Origin: Amphiscolops sp. MND2022
Taxonomy: Eukaryota
Reading direction: 5' to 3'
NCBI GenBank assembly: GCA_964187785.1
Contig: OZ076409.1
Location: 55,058,001 to 55,122,000 of the forward strand
DNA: 64,000 nt
The notes below the pieces were generated by a model. The model was not told the DNA's origin. It searched no databases and saw only the letters and a list, made by a program, of their open reading frames with translations. A program made the translations under genes and the position numbers. Shown here piece after piece: positions 33,529-46,856 of the stretch (position 1 is the first letter of the stretch; every line of letters starts with the position of its first letter).

Positions 33529-36500
33529 ATGAGGGTTGTCTCCACGATTGATATTTTAGGGCGAATTTTGCCGTCATTGAGGAGCGCGGACATCTCACTG
33601 AGAGCTCTTGTGGAGTCAGCGTCTTCATTTGGTTTGTTCGTCAAGTTTTTACTTCTCGAAGTGACTCTTTTCTATTGTTTATCTTTCATCGAAGGCATCG
33701 AAGAACACCTTGGCATTACTCCAGGAAATTTGATTCCCAGTTTCAAAATTTGGACGCTTTTTACGTACGCATTGATTGATGTTCATGTTTGGAATTTATT
33801 ACGGAATTTGTTTTTCATATTTTTGGCCGGTAAGTATGTTCAACCTCTATGGGGTGACTTGGAGTTGCTGCTTTTTTATTTAATCACAAACACCATCAGT
33901 GGTTTATGGGTGACTTTACTGTATCTGCTGTCGTTCATGTCGATGGGAAACGAGGAATTCCTTTTCGAAACTAAAATTTGTGGACTAGCTGCTTTCATCG
34001 GAGGTGTGTTCGTCGCTTTGAAACAGCTCTTACCCGAAGAAGTGATATCTTCGCTACCCTTCTTGCATATCCGAGTCAAGCATTTACCTTTCACGATGTT
34101 CGTCCTCAATCTCATCCTGAAGCTCGCGGGATTGTCAGGAAGTATGCTTATATTCCTTTCTATGAAAGATGCTTGTGATGGAATGGTCATCCAATTTGTT
34201 TTATTTCAGCCCCATCATTTTTGCTTTTCACGTGCGGTATGTTGGTTAGCTGGATGTACCTCCGATTTTATCAACTTCATACAAGCACCCGCGGAGATCT
34301 ATCTGATGGATTTACATTTGCTTCCTTCTTTCCCGAAATTGCACAACCTGCCGTAGCAAGTAAATCGAATTTATTATACGTTGGCATTATTTCGAGATCA
34401 TTACAGTTAACACTGTTGACAGCGATTATGAATATTATTATTCAATATTATTATTTTCCGCCCATATTTCATATGGGAAAGGAAAATATTTAAATCAAAC
34501 GGTTTTTTTACAAAATTTGCCAAGCACGAAATTTATATTCAACTTAAAGGGTGTTACCCATAGAATTCAACTCACATAAATTTAGTTTCGTGCGATATGT
34601 ATTTGTAGAAATTTTTGGACTTTTTTGGGAACGACGAAAATGACCTCATAATGACCCGAAAATGACAACAATTCCAAAATTTCCCAATTTTCAACGTTTT
34701 TGCAATTTTTGTCCTTTTTTCAATAGACACCGTGGATTAGAATGTTGAAAACGTTCAACAATGCATGGATTCGTTGTCCAATAGTCTTCTATGAAGAGAT
34801 AAATTCGGTTTTTTAAAAGAAAAATTACCCAAAATAACAAAAATTCCAAAATTTTTTGATTTATAACGTTTTTATGCAATTTTTGTCAAATTTTCGATAG
34901 ACTTCGTGGATAGACAACGCTCAACATGGCAGAAATTTGTTGTCCAGTAGGCTTTTCCGAAGAAATAGTTGCTGTTTTCTAAATGAAAATATCCCAAATT
35001 GAACCGAAAGTGACAAAAAATCCAAAATTTTCAAAGTTTTTAATGCAATTTTTGTCGAAATTTCGACAGACTTCGTAGATTGGAATGTTGAAAACGGTTA
35101 TCAAACTAAGAATTCGTTGTCCAGTAGTGTTTTATGAAGAGTTGATTGTGGTTTTCAAGTTGAAAAATATCTCAAATTGGCACTGAAATAGACAAAAAAT
35201 CCAAAATTTTCAAACTTTCAAAGATTTTATGCAAAAGGTAGAAATTTTGCCTATTTCTGACTTTTCCAGTGAATTTTTGAAACTAGAAAATTTTGACGTT
35301 GGAAAAATTTAAAGATAAAAGCTTCCAAAAACTTTAGATGGTAAAATTAGGTTCGCAGCACGTTTTTTGAAGAGAAATTTGCATATTTTATGGCAGAAAG
35401 TTTTTGTCAATGACCCAAATAATGCAAAAACTACTGAGAATTTTCATTTTTTAAAACACTTTTTGCACTTTTCTGTACAATTTTTAAGCTACTTCCTTGC
35501 ATAAAGAGGGTCAAAAAACTGAGTAATGACTAATCCCGGTATCCAGTAGAAATTTTTGAAGACATAACTACACTGTTTTTGGAATTGGCCTGAAAAACAC
35601 ACCAAAATCCAACAAACGACCAAAAAGCACGTTTTTTGACAAATCAATCCAACTTTTTGTTCAAACCACGAAACTTTTGAGGAATAGAAATTCAGTTTGC
35701 CTGAACGTTGAAACAATAAGGTATTCAAAACACAATTTGGGAAAGAAAGTACGATGTAACAATCTTGGAACCTTTCCAAAAATTTAGTTCAATCAGAAAA
35801 CCCATAGGCTCAGGATTGAAACGTGTAGCTGCCGGTAGTGTTTCGGAAAGATATCAGACAAGGTTTTGTGCACAATTTTCTGAAAAAAAACATATGAAAA
35901 CGTAAAATTTTTTTTCGACCTTATTTGTGAAATATTTAATATTCAAAAAGCTCCAAGTAAAATCACTAGATATGGAGTAAACCTTCAAAGGGAAATGTTT
36001 TTGCAGTTTTCCACGTAGGAAAAACCTGAGAATGACCCAAAAACAAAAATGAAAAGAGGCATTATCCACAATCATCAAGAAAACTCATCAGTTCGAAAGT
36101 ATCAAAAGTAACAAAGAGGTCACCCCCCAAGACTCGGGAAACCTATTTCCTTTACAGAAGACCTCAAAAACTAAAATTTGTGAAAAATGTTTTTCGAAAA
36201 TTGTCTTGGAAAAGTTTCTTTCACGCGGTAAGTCGCATAGTGCCGAAAATACAAAAAGGTGGCAGCTATTGCAGAAATAATAAATTAGGCGTTGCCTTTA
36301 AAAATTGACTAACATGAATCAGTTTTTTTCTTCGAACCTTTTTTTCATAGTGCATTGGTTATTCTTGAGCATCAAATTTATATAGTTGTTGAGAACAGTT
36401 TGGGGCGGAAAATATCTCGCTGCTCAGCGGGCGTCTTGTTATCATTAAAAAACGCCCGCAGAGTACCGTGATTACTTCCGCCCAGAATTGTTTTATCGAC

Positions 36501-37436
36501 AACATATTTTTAGGCCCCGAACGTAGACAATTTCTGAAGAAACTTCGGCACTTTCTGGTTTAAGTCATCCTTTTCACTATTGTTGCTAAAATTTCCAGGG
36601 CGGAAAATGTAACGACTCTCAACGGGCCTCTTGTAGCAGTTTCTTGCATCATTGTTTATTCGACTCATTGTTCTGATGTTTTAGTCGTCGCTAATACCAT
36701 CCATGCTGGTCTTGTGAAGATGGGAGTTTGCAGAAAAATGGTTCGTAGATACGACGTGGGTGCTGGTTCCAGTGGAGCAAGCGGACTCACTCTTCAGCTT
36801 ACACCTGCTGAACGAGCGGATAACGACCGCAGACGGTTAGTTAATCGTGGCAACAGCTACTTCGTTTCAAATCAAGTTAGACTTTCAAATTCTACTTTTA
36901 TAAGGCATGTAGTGGTTTGTAATTAGAAAGCTTTGGTAGTTTGTCTAGCTACCGAAAAGGCCAGTGTATATTGTATGAAACACGTGAATGGAAGCATAGA
37001 GCTAAATTATATTTATGTGTATGAACTGAGCGAAATTTTCAAGAATTTTAGTTTTGATCTCGAGAACCTTCGATTCTCGCACTTGAATGGTGACGAAAGT
37101 TTTGAAAAATCATCCCAATAGTAGATACACCCTAGGAAATTGTCTCATTGTTTCGAATGGTAATGAAATTCTTGCTATAAACAGTCAACTTGACAGTTAC
37201 CTGTAAGCATGCATGTGTTTTACAGACACTTGGCTCTGAAAGCATTAAGCGAAAGACTGGGACATACTGGCACGTCCACATTGCCCACCACAGTATCCAG
37301 TACAGGGGGTTCCGTGTCCAGCATCAATGACCCAGAGTCTGTTCAGTCAGAGTGGCCCGTTATCGATAATCCAAAAAACTCTGGAGTTGGTGCTACACAG
37401 CTTGATTCTGTCGTCGTCGAATCCAACATCCCTTAG
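33529..37436 (+). CDS. TMEM115: Transmembrane protein 115 (rhomboid-like Golgi protein); exons 33529-34141, 34210-34359, 36685-36835, 37226-37436 (374 aa)
   Basis: Motifs GITPGNLIP..IWTL, QPLWGDLELL, GGVFVALKQ, SWMYLRFYQ, RGDLSDGFTFASFFPE, RRYDVGA and DRRRHLALKALSERL match TMEM115. All three introns are GT-AG and phase-consistent (total 1125 nt). Confidence 0.93.
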
Positions 37437-37588
37437 AAAATAATCTAGGGAATCTTCTTGATTCTTCGGAATCAAATGTTAGTTATTTCTATTGAATTTC
37501 ATTGTCGTGATTTTGATCAGGGTTTGCTCTGTTGTTTACTACGATGTCTGCTGATAGATTTGTTTAAAACAATGGTCAAAAGTTGCTA

Positions 37589-37594
37589 AATAAA
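37589..37594 (+). terminator. Candidate polyadenylation signal of TMEM115
   Basis: AATAAA ~150 nt after the stop codon. Confidence 0.45.
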
Positions 37595-37636
37595 GCATAC
37601 TCGTTGATTTTTTGGCTTTTGAAACATTGGCTTAGA

Positions 37637-37957
37637 CAGAGTTTTGACATCGCTATTTTTTCGCTAAAACCACCGAACCGCTAATTTCAAAATTGCTATT
37701 TCGCTGAAAAACTTTTTCTTCGAACTATTAAATGTTTGCATACAAGAGCGTTTTAAATATAAACGATAACTTGATTCAGGTCTTGCGAGAAATTTTTTCA
37801 TTTTGTGTTGGTATTCAGAAACTCCTCGTTTTGTGCGAGGAAACTTTGAATTTGGACAATTTATTAGTTGTCGCTAATGTGAATCGCTAGTAGAATTGCT
37901 GAAAAATTATCTGCGGCCGCTAACGTTTAATCGCTGATTAGCTGTGTCAAAACTCTG
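37637..37957. mobile_element. hAT-like MITE
   Basis: TIRs CAGAGTTTTGACATCGCTA / TAGCTGTGTCAAAACTCTG; flanks GCTTAGA(C)/GCTTCGAC approximate an 8-bp TSD. Confidence 0.65.
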
Positions 37958-38424
37958 GCTTCGACAAAAATGGGCTTGTTTTTATGGTCTCCCGACACTT
38001 GCTACTGAGAGGCAAAATGCTACCAGGACATTTGCTACTACAAGCAGAATGCTACTAAGCTAATTGCCACTGATTAGGTGCTACTACGGAGTCAACTATC
38101 AATAATGAATTATGAAAACAATCAACTTTGTTAGAATTTGGCAAAGCCGTGAACAGGAAGATTTGACAGTGTATTTCATGTCTCTTTGCACCCTAAATCA
38201 GAAAATCTGACATCTAGTCTCATACAATCCTTTGAATAAACAAGCCGGGAACGGCCCAAGTTGGCGCCCCGCTCAAGGCACAAAAGTGTACTCGGGGACG
38301 TGGTTCTAGTATCACTTGTTGCAAAAAAGATTTTTCGAAAATCCAAAAAAGTTTTATAGTACTGAAAAGGTGACACTAAAACTTAACATGGGATGTAAAT
38401 TATATGAAATTTTGGGGAAAAAAT

Positions 38425-38912
38425 CAATAACGTTATACAAGAAATAAAAACGTTATATCTGAACTTTGAAAACGTTACATCCGAACTTTGAAAACGTTTT
38501 ATCCGAATTACGGTACGTGTTAGATGTTATGAGAATCTTTTTACTTAGCACTTTTTACAGCTTTGGAAAATTCTCCAAGAAACGTTATATCCGGAATTCG
38601 TTATATCCGGTTTGCGTTAAATCCGGTATGGGTTGTGTCGTTATTTCCGGCATACGTTATATCGGGTGTTTGTTATATCCGGCTTGCGTTAATTCGGGTT
38701 TGCGCCAAAAAAATCCAAAGGCGGGACCCTTTTGTAACATTGGAAATTCTCCAAGAAACGTTGTATCCGGTGTACGTTATATCCGAAATTAGTTGTATCT
38801 GGTTTGCGTTAAATCCGGCATGGGTTTTGTTTTATTGTCGAAGGGGACTCCTCAGCGCTTTCTACAGCTTTCAAAAATTCTCCAAGAAACGTTATATCCG
38901 GTATACGTTACA
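38425..38912. repeat. Cluster of CGTTATATCCG(G) sub-repeats, probably MITE-derived
   Basis: More than 10 copies of a CGTTATATCC/GTTAAATCCGG motif, with a ~170-180-bp internal duplication (TCTCCAAGAAACGTT...). Confidence 0.6.
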
Positions 38913-40156
38913 GCTTATAAAGCTTATAAAATCTGTCACTTAGTTGGTCTTAAAAAAGCCACTCCTATAGTCGTCCCTTTCTACGAAAGAGCCTACTAAA
39001 AACGAAAGCTGTTTGGTAATGTTTGGAACGACTTGGAAATTCAGTTGCAGAGATACGAGCAGAAGTTAGTCATTGTTTATTTTCTGATATTGTTAAGATG
39101 CCCGTCATTGACTGATTACACTCGGAAAACTTGAGTTCCCTAGTACACGTAAAAAGATACTCGTAACCCGTGGTATTAAATCTATACCCAATCCTAATTT
39201 GGGACGTGTAAAAACTAAGGGTCTCAAAATTTGATAATGCAATCAGTGGACAGCGATGAATCGAAAGATGAATAAAAACCTTGTCAGAATGCTTCCTAAA
39301 ATCCGCAAAAATCAAAAAATTGGATTGCATACGAAATGATATAAGAGGTGTTTAAAGCTAATTCCCACAAAATTTGTCATAGATATGAGCAGAGAAATGA
39401 AGTGTTGCAAACATTAATATCAATTAGTGGTTGCTTTCTTTGTAGTACTGTAGTTAACAGTTAATAGACCCAGAGTTAGAATTAACAGCAACTAGACATT
39501 AGTAGCAAACGTCTTGTACCTATTTTTATAACACTGAATGGTGATCTTATTTTACGTGATTTGAATTAGAGAGAATCATTATTAAAATTTTGTTCCCATC
39601 TTGTTATTGTTTTCACTCGAATTATAACTCAGTTTTGTAAAGGTTTGCCACCTGATTACTTTTTTAATACTTGAGAGAAGTCAGTTTTTAATTTCGCAGT
39701 GTTCTCTGGAAATCGAAAATACTAGCAGTGCTATGTTTTTTAGGTATCATGTGTGAATGTGAATTGTTGATAATGGTTTTTCAAGATCGCTATTTTTTGT
39801 TATTGCTTTCTGCAGGTCACAAGAGGTTAACAGGTCTGTTAAGTTTGAAAAGTGTCGGTATCCCTGCTCTTTTGTCATTAGTAGGTTAGATTCATTTTAT
39901 GCCGCTCTTTTCAAAATCTAACGGATTTTGCATCAAATTTCTGCATCAATCAATATCATTGTTCATGCGAAACCGTTCTTGAAATAACTTTTTCCTTCTT
40001 GGAACATCTTATTCTGAACTATTAAATTATTTGATTGAAAGGATGAAAGCCAATAACTATTTAAAAATTGCAGTTATTGTTTCTAAATGTTGAAAGTACA
40101 AGTACTTAAAATTTTTATATCGGTTCTAGGCAGTTTTGTTAAAAATCTTGATTTTA

Positions 40157-40716
40157 TTAATATTTCTGCTTTAGCAGGAATATTATTAATATTTCTGCTT
40201 TAGCAGGAATATTATTGAAATCTGGAAGCGTCTACTTTTTTTTCAGAACAATTTTTCGGACGATCTGAATAATTCAGATTTTTTGTTCGGCAGTGAGTGT
40301 AAGCGAGAGATTTAAATTCAATTCTAGTGCGATGGAACGAGCGAGTGGTAATTATCCATTCGTATGCTGACGTCATTGAGATGAAGCGAGCGAATGTTCG
40401 TAATTGTGCTTTCGTTGCCCCGAGTTTTTGAGATGAAGCGAATGAGTGTTAATTATTCGTTCGTTGAGAGCTTCGCCTGCATTCAAATGCGAATGCGAAA
40501 CTTCGTCTACGCTTAGTAGTTATATCTTTTTTAGTCCGAGAAAAATTAAAGGCGGTGTAAACTTGTACAGTGATTACATGTAATTGTGCGCTAAATAATG
40601 ATTAACCAAGAGTGTATTGGTATTCCAGATATGATTCTTTTATTAATGAATTTTTTTTGTTTAAAAAAATAAAGATTAAAGCAGAAATAGTACTGCGCCC
40701 CGGAGGGGCCTTTTTT
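40157..40716 (+). mobile_element. Non-autonomous Helentron-associated element (HINE/DINE-1-like)
   Basis: 5' palindrome AATATTTCTGCTTTAGCAGGAATATT (present twice), 3' sub-terminal inverted repeat AAAGCAGAAATA, then hairpin GCCCC-GGA-GGGGC and a T-run. Homologous to 48808-49195. Confidence 0.65.
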
Positions 40717-40820
40717 TACACTTGCGATAAGCAAGTGTTATGGGAACGTGCGAATTTTTATTTTTTCCGGCTGACAACTCTCTCATTTCAGACCGCAAGT
40801 CGCATAATTCAGACTTTTTT

Positions 40821-41037
40821 GGTCTAGTGGTAAGATGCTTGCTTTTCAACCCAGAGGGCCTGGGTTCGAACCCGTGCCTATGCACTATTTTTTTACAAGC
40901 TGTGCTGCTTCCAATACTTGCAATTGTTTTGAAACACTTGCTTTTCAACCCAGAGGGTCTGGGTTCGAACCCGTGCCTATGCACTAATTTTTTTACAAGC
41001 TGTGCTTCTTCCAATACTTGCAATTGTTTTGAAACAC
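40821..41037 (+). repeat. tRNA-derived (Glu-TTC-like) SINE-type head with a ~100-bp tandem duplication
   Basis: A-box-like TAGTGGTAAG, anticodon-arm-like CTTTTCAAC and B-box GGTTCGAACCC followed by a T-run. 40838-40936 is repeated at 40937-41037. No proper acceptor stem. Confidence 0.6.
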
Positions 41038-41280
41038 ATTTTTTAAATGATCAAGTTGAGTTCATGCATTCATGTAACATGTAATGATGTACCTAGCAAG
41101 GTTTTATTTTTGAGTGTATGAGGTTTACCTGAAAAATGTTCCGGCAAATCTTGGTACAAATCAGCCATAATAAAAAGGTTTGTTAGGCTGAAGATTGCAG
41201 CAGTTGATGTCGACGACGAAATACAAAATTTCAAGAGTTGAGACATGGCGTACCAAGACTGTCGAGTCCGAGATTTTAGC

Positions 41281-42089
41281 AAGTTGCATGTAGAAGGGGT
41301 GCGAAACTAGCGAGTCCTTCCCGGGCAGGTCGTTCCGGGCCACCCAAGGTTAAACACATGTAGCAAAATATGAAACTGAGTTCACCGAATTAAAAATTTT
41401 TTTAGTATAATTATGGTTCATTTTGTTTTTCGTATTTTCACAATGTGTTTTGGCGGACGTTTTATGTTACATCAGTTTATGGATGTTTTCCTATTGCGGA
41501 ATCATTTGATCCCTAAGATGTCATTTTTTTGGTCCTCAACTGAGCAGAGGTTGCTGGCCTTTTTTTCGGTAATTTAGCTTTTCATATAAAGACTGAGGAA
41601 ACTTTTCAGGTTGTTTCAACATTTTTTCCGAACTCAGTTGATCCATTTTTTAATGAAACATTATTCTACCCAAAAATGCCAAATTTAAGTTGCATGTAGA
41701 AGGGGTGCGAAACTAGCGAGTCTTTCCCGGGCACGTCGTTCCGGGCCACCCAAGGTTAAACACATGTAACAAAATATGAAACTGAGTTCATCGAATTAAA
41801 AATTTTTTTAGTATAAATATGGTTCACTTGTTTTTCGTATTTTCACAATGTGTTTTGGCGGACATTTTATGTTACATCAGTTTATGGATGTTTTCCTATT
41901 GGGAAATGATTTGATCCCTAAGATGTCATTTTTTGGTCCTCAACTGAGCACATGTTGCTCGCCTTTTTTCGGTAATTCAGCTTTTCATATTAAGACTGAG
42001 GAAACTTTTCAGGTTGTTTCAACATTTTTTTCGAACTCAGTTGATCCATTTTTTAATGAAACATCATTCTATCCAAAAATGCCAAATTT
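41281..42089 (-). repeat. ~406-bp tandem duplication carrying a Helitron 3' terminus in each copy
   Basis: Units start at 41281 and 41687. Minus strand reads GGCCCGGAACGACCTGCCCGGGAAGGACTCGCTAG|T: a GC hairpin ~10 nt before CTAG, followed by T. Confidence 0.75.
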
Positions 42090-42661
42090 GAAGCGATCGT
42101 CCCAATTTTTAACGGACGCCATTCGTGCTTGAATTCACTCAATACGATCTCGAACAGTATCTCTCGATGTTGCTCAGAAGAAAACTTTGTTAAACCTAAA
42201 ATCTGAGACCGCAAACCGGGTTCGACCTTGCCCTGATCCAGTTTTTCTGGATTGTCGAACCTGTGTATGGGAAAACCCTGTCCTAGTGGTTAACCTATGC
42301 CCAAATTTTTTCCAACCCCTATGCTTTGCCCGTGTGATTTTTCTTCCGTAGATTCGATGTTAGCAACTCTACTAAATTGAGACTTCGGACGAAAAGTTCG
42401 TTGCCTATTCAATCGAACATTTCAGTGATGTTTCAACCAATTCACTCTTCCAAAATAATTTCGAGGAAAGTCTTTCCTTTGCCAACTGATATTCATCGAG
42501 TTGTTAACATTAAACGCTAATAGTGTAGTGCTACATGTGTTGTATATTTTTCTACGATAATTTTTTCATCAATCATCAACTCCTTTGGCTTCATCATGAA
42601 TTATTGTCACTCCCGCCTCGTGTTTTAGTTACTTCTTTTCAACATTTTCTGTGAAACTTGG

Positions 42662-43174
42662 TTGATGTCATCAGACACACTTCCATCCACATTCAATGAT
42701 ATGTTCATCACACGACTTGATTTTCCTACGTGTAATTCGAATCAGAGACACAGAGGAGGATTTGTAATTTTCTCGAAAGTTCGTCTCGACATAACATCCG
42801 AAGTCACGAACAATGTGCAAATAGCATGTTTCGAATTCATGAATCTTCTTTTCATTTTTGTTCATCGACGACCGTCAGAAACACCAATATCATTGTTCAA
42901 AGAATGTCTTTCTCAGAAGTTTCGCCAACAGAAGAAACCAACCATTGTTATGGGTGATTTCAATGTAAACTTGAAATGCGACAACAGCTCCTTTTTACGC
43001 TTTATGGGGTCAGAAGGTTTCCACTGTCTAATTGATGATACCACCACGAAAGAGCACACACTTCTTGATCACGTATACTGCAATGAATCGAATCTTCTTC
43101 ATAAGTTGAACTGTTTTGTGGCCTACAATGTTTATAGTTTCCATGAGCCCATTGTTTTAGAAGTTTGTGATTGA
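42662..43174 (+). pseudogene. APE/EEP endonuclease fragment, probably Helentron-type
   Basis: HRGGFVIF, VHRRP, IVMGDFNVNL, TTTKEHTLLDHVYCN and YSFHEPI, then a stop with no RT downstream (C-terminal EN, as in Helentron Rep/Hel-EN). Confidence 0.65.
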
Positions 43175-44711
43175 TTTTGTTTCAGTAGTTTAGCTTGTTT
43201 ATCTTATCTTGAATTATATCCAGCTGAGATGAGAAATTTCGAAACAAGAAAAATGATAGCGTATAATGTTTTTTCTCGCTTTTCGATTTTCGGAAATCCA
43301 GGCACCATATGTGCAAAGATTTTCGCGCTTAGTCAAAAGCCTACTTCACGTTGCGAGCCATGATTGCTAACATTTGAGAGAAAGCTTTAGGCCATCTTAT
43401 CGGGCCGAATGAGTTGCCGGAGTTGTTTTTAAAGAGATTCCACAGTTTGAAGTTGAAGGCCGGAGGCTCGAGAAGTGAACTCAAGGTTAAAACTCAATAA
43501 TTTCTATTTTCAATTCCAAATTACAACCCAATGATTTTCTCTTTAGAATTAGTACCCACTTTTGTAGTATGATTTATTAGTGCTAATGAATATGATTTAT
43601 TTTCAGAGGTGTAAAATGCATTTTCGTTGGTAAAATCTCAAATGTTGCCTGGCAAATAGCGATGTGACGTGTTGTGCTTTAATAAAAGCGATGTGTTTTG
43701 CGCTGTGCTGTTGCCTTCGTCAAGAATGCAGGCTTTTTTTCTGAGGAAATCGGCCACTCAAGACATTTTTTGGCTGGTTCCCCCAACAAGCATTTTCATT
43801 TCAGGACCTAATTTGTGTCTTTTTGTGCTGTTTTTAAATTGATCAGTAAGTAAAAAATTGTCTTGCCTTTTAAGCCATGGTCCTTCGTGTGATATTGCTT
43901 ATGCGGTTTTTTCAAAATTTGCAACTTCGCAAGTGTTTGCGAAGCACGGCTTCGCCTCTGTGTCAAAAATATCCGATTTTTATCAAGAATTATCAAAATC
44001 CGATAAAAATTGGGTTAGGCAGAAACAATTGAATTATATGTAAGCCAATGACAAAATCAAACTTCGCTAGTTATTCGGAACTTTGAAACAGAAAACAAGT
44101 TTTCCCGCTCTGTGAACACACTCTCCGACGCTCAGATAACGTAAAGTTGATCAGGTCTGGGTACCGTGCAAGTGAACGCCTGCTCAGTTAGACGACTGTG
44201 CAGTCGAACAATTTGGCGAGCATTCCTAGGTGGTGTGGAATAATTAAAGATTCGGTTGAAATCACAAGCGGCTATAATCCTTTTTGGTTAAAATCACGGC
44301 TACCACATTCCTATTACAGTTCTGCTCACTGCTGGTAATGATTACGTAATCGGAGTATGTCAGCGAAGTTGAATAAACCAATGAAATTATAGAAATAGCT
44401 GATAGTCTTCCAATTGATCAATCGGTTAGTTGAGCGGCGGTCGTCAAATTGAGCTAGACCCGATCAGGCCTGCAAGCGTCGTATTTGCTTTTAATCGGTG
44501 ATAATGAAAACTGAGCTCTATAATTATCTTGATTTTTATCATTGATATTTATCAATTGATTTTTATCTAACAACACTAGTTCTAGGACATTACGCCCAAT
44601 GAAATTACGCCAAATAATTTGAAAGATCGTTGTATGTATAATATTGGGCGTAATATCCGGACACCCTTTATATCGTATATTGAATCACAACGGTACTCGA
44701 AATTCACAGTG

Positions 44712-45394
44712 CAGTAGCGTTCTAAAATATCGCAACTAAAATTGCTTAAAATTGCGAATTTCAAATCCAAATATCTTTAAAACTGTTACAAATACAAAAA
44801 TTTGCCAGCTACAAAAGTTTGTTACAATTTCATCTTGTTTACAAAAATGTTTGTTTGAAATTTCTGCGACTAAAATTACCGTTAGAAATTGGAAATTTTG
44901 ACAAAATTTAATCAAATTTGCAATTTTCCTTGATTTTCAATAATTTGGATTTGGAAATTTTTGGATTGCCAATAAAAATCATCATCTTCTAAATACAATT
45001 CTCATAGCCTATCTTAATACATGTACTTCAGTGCTTATAGACACAAAATATAATGCATTTTTTCTAATTCGAAACAAATTCTTGATCGAAACAATACAGT
45101 AGGTTCGGGAGATTATAGGGAGTCTCCGAATGAAAAAACCCAAAAATTTTTATTCTAAGCTACTCACTTTTCGAAAAAAAACTCGAATTTCAATTAAAAT
45201 TTTCTAAAATTTGCATTTTAAACTTTTTCAGTATGGGTCGCAGAATTTTCAAACGAACATTTTTGTAAACGAGATGAAATTCTAAGAAACTTTTGTAGCT
45301 GGCAAATGTTGGTATTCGTGACACCTTACGAGATAATTGGTTTTGAATTTTGTCATTTTAAGCAATGAGGTTGCGATATTTTAGAACGCTACTG
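44712..45394. mobile_element. Tc1/mariner-type MITE with long (~190-bp) imperfect TIRs
   Basis: CAGTAGCGTTCTAAAATATCGCAAC / GTTGCGATATTTTAGAACGCTACTG-TA. Inverted homology extends to TTTGCCAGCTACAAAAGTTT / AAACTTTTGTAGCTGGCAAA. Confidence 0.8.
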
Positions 45395-46320
45395 TACGTG
45401 CTGTGCTGTCAACGATACCCACCCCACGTTTGTTGAATTAGCTGACATTCACTTACTCCTATTGTACTTATTGGTATAGTAGGTTATTTCAGGTGTTTGC
45501 ACCTTTCAACGGATGGCTCGCTAGAAGCACTGCGCAAATTGGATTGGATGTTATTCAGAAATATTGGATTCAACAGATTGCGTTTTGGTACAAGAAGCCA
45601 TTTTGGAGCAACTGTTTCGCAATCTGACCGATAAAATAATCAATCTTCATTCATCAATTGACTGTTTTCTTCGTCCTCCTGATCTGATCCTTATCTTTTA
45701 ATTACGAGAAAACTTTATTGTGTAATTTACATGTTCGTCATTAAGCGGGCACAATTATCATATAAATGTATATAAATATGAAATGAAATATATTCGTGGC
45801 CGTCGCATTCGCCTCTAATATTGGTGTTCAGTTTGCAAACATAGTTCTGTATAAATTCATTTTTCCTACGAAAACCTTTTAATGGCAATAGGTTTGGTTT
45901 TCACCAGCGGCATTTCTGGAATTTCTGAGGGCGAAATGAATCTTTATCAGAGAAAAATATTGAATGTATGTACGTTTTTAATGTTTTTAATGTCGATGTA
46001 CGGTAAAATTTTTCATCTTTACTGTGAAAGAAAATAGAAGCAACAAAAAATATGCTTTCTTTCTGAGGCTCTCTTTACCCCCATATTAAAATTTTTAATG
46101 GAAAAAAATTTCAAACTTGACATGGCCAACTTAAAATGTCCAACTAATTCGCCGCCAAGTTACCTTGTTGAAATTTTCCAAGAGAAGGAGGCAGTCGCAT
46201 TCTCCATAAAGACGCCGCTGGTTTTTGCTCGAGCGATCATAACGGTCATCTCGTTTCTCATGAAAGTTCCTAACAAAAAACGAGGTAATGGAATATCATT
46301 TTCCTCTTTCGCGAATCCTG

Positions 46321-46856
46321 TTTTTAGTCGGCGCATTTTAGTAGAAAATGTGCCCGACTATTACAGTGGGTAGTTTTTTTTTTAGACACGAAAGGTCCAC
46401 TTTTTTGTTCATTTGTTCAACAACCTCAAACTTCAACAACTTCAAACCTCAACAACTCCAACCTCAGAAGCGCGTCCAAAACGAAAAGAAAAAACAAAAC
46501 AGACGTCCACAACCTCGAAAACACACCTTAGCCCCACTTTTTTTCAGCACTTTTTTTGAAGTTTTTTGGATTGCACCAGAGGGTCCCCCCTTCATTTGTT
46601 TCGATATTTTGCAACACAATGGATGTCAAAAAACCGCAAAGGGTCCCCCCTTTTACATTTTTTGGCACTGTGACACTGTTCAAAAATCTCATTTAAAAAA
46701 TTTTTTTTTGGGAAGTTTTTTCATGTCTCCGAAGGGTCCCCCTTCATTTTTTTCAAATTTTTTGCAACCAGCTGGAGTTTCACAAAGCCCGAAGGGTCCC
46801 CCTTTTAAATTTTGAGCTTTAGATATGGCGCCGACTTTGGCCGTTCTCGGCTTGTT
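46321..46856 (+). mobile_element. HINE/DINE-1-like non-autonomous Helentron, copy 1
   Basis: 5' hairpin TAGTCGGCGC...CCCGACTA, internal AAGGGTCCCCC sub-repeats, 3' GGCGCCGACTT...CGTTCTCGGCTTGTT; T-rich insertion site, no TSD. Confidence 0.72.

Noticed and set aside
33499..34356. 281+ aa single-exon reading of the TMEM115 region from the ORF track
   Set aside because: The ORF runs through intron 1. Homology continues in another frame after the GT-AG intron at 34142-34209, and the first ATG is at 33529.
34544..36302. Kolobok/piggyBac-like element with TTAA TSD in TMEM115 intron 2
   Set aside because: TTAA-flanked candidate ends do not form matching TIRs. The intron is repetitive, but boundaries cannot be supported.
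38425..38912. CRISPR-like array of CGTTATATCCG repeats
   Set aside because: Repeats are short, degenerate and irregularly spaced, there are no cas genes, and the context is eukaryotic.
40821..40890. Functional tRNA-Glu gene
   Set aside because: No complementary acceptor stem and poor anticodon-stem pairing; treated as a tRNA-derived repeat.
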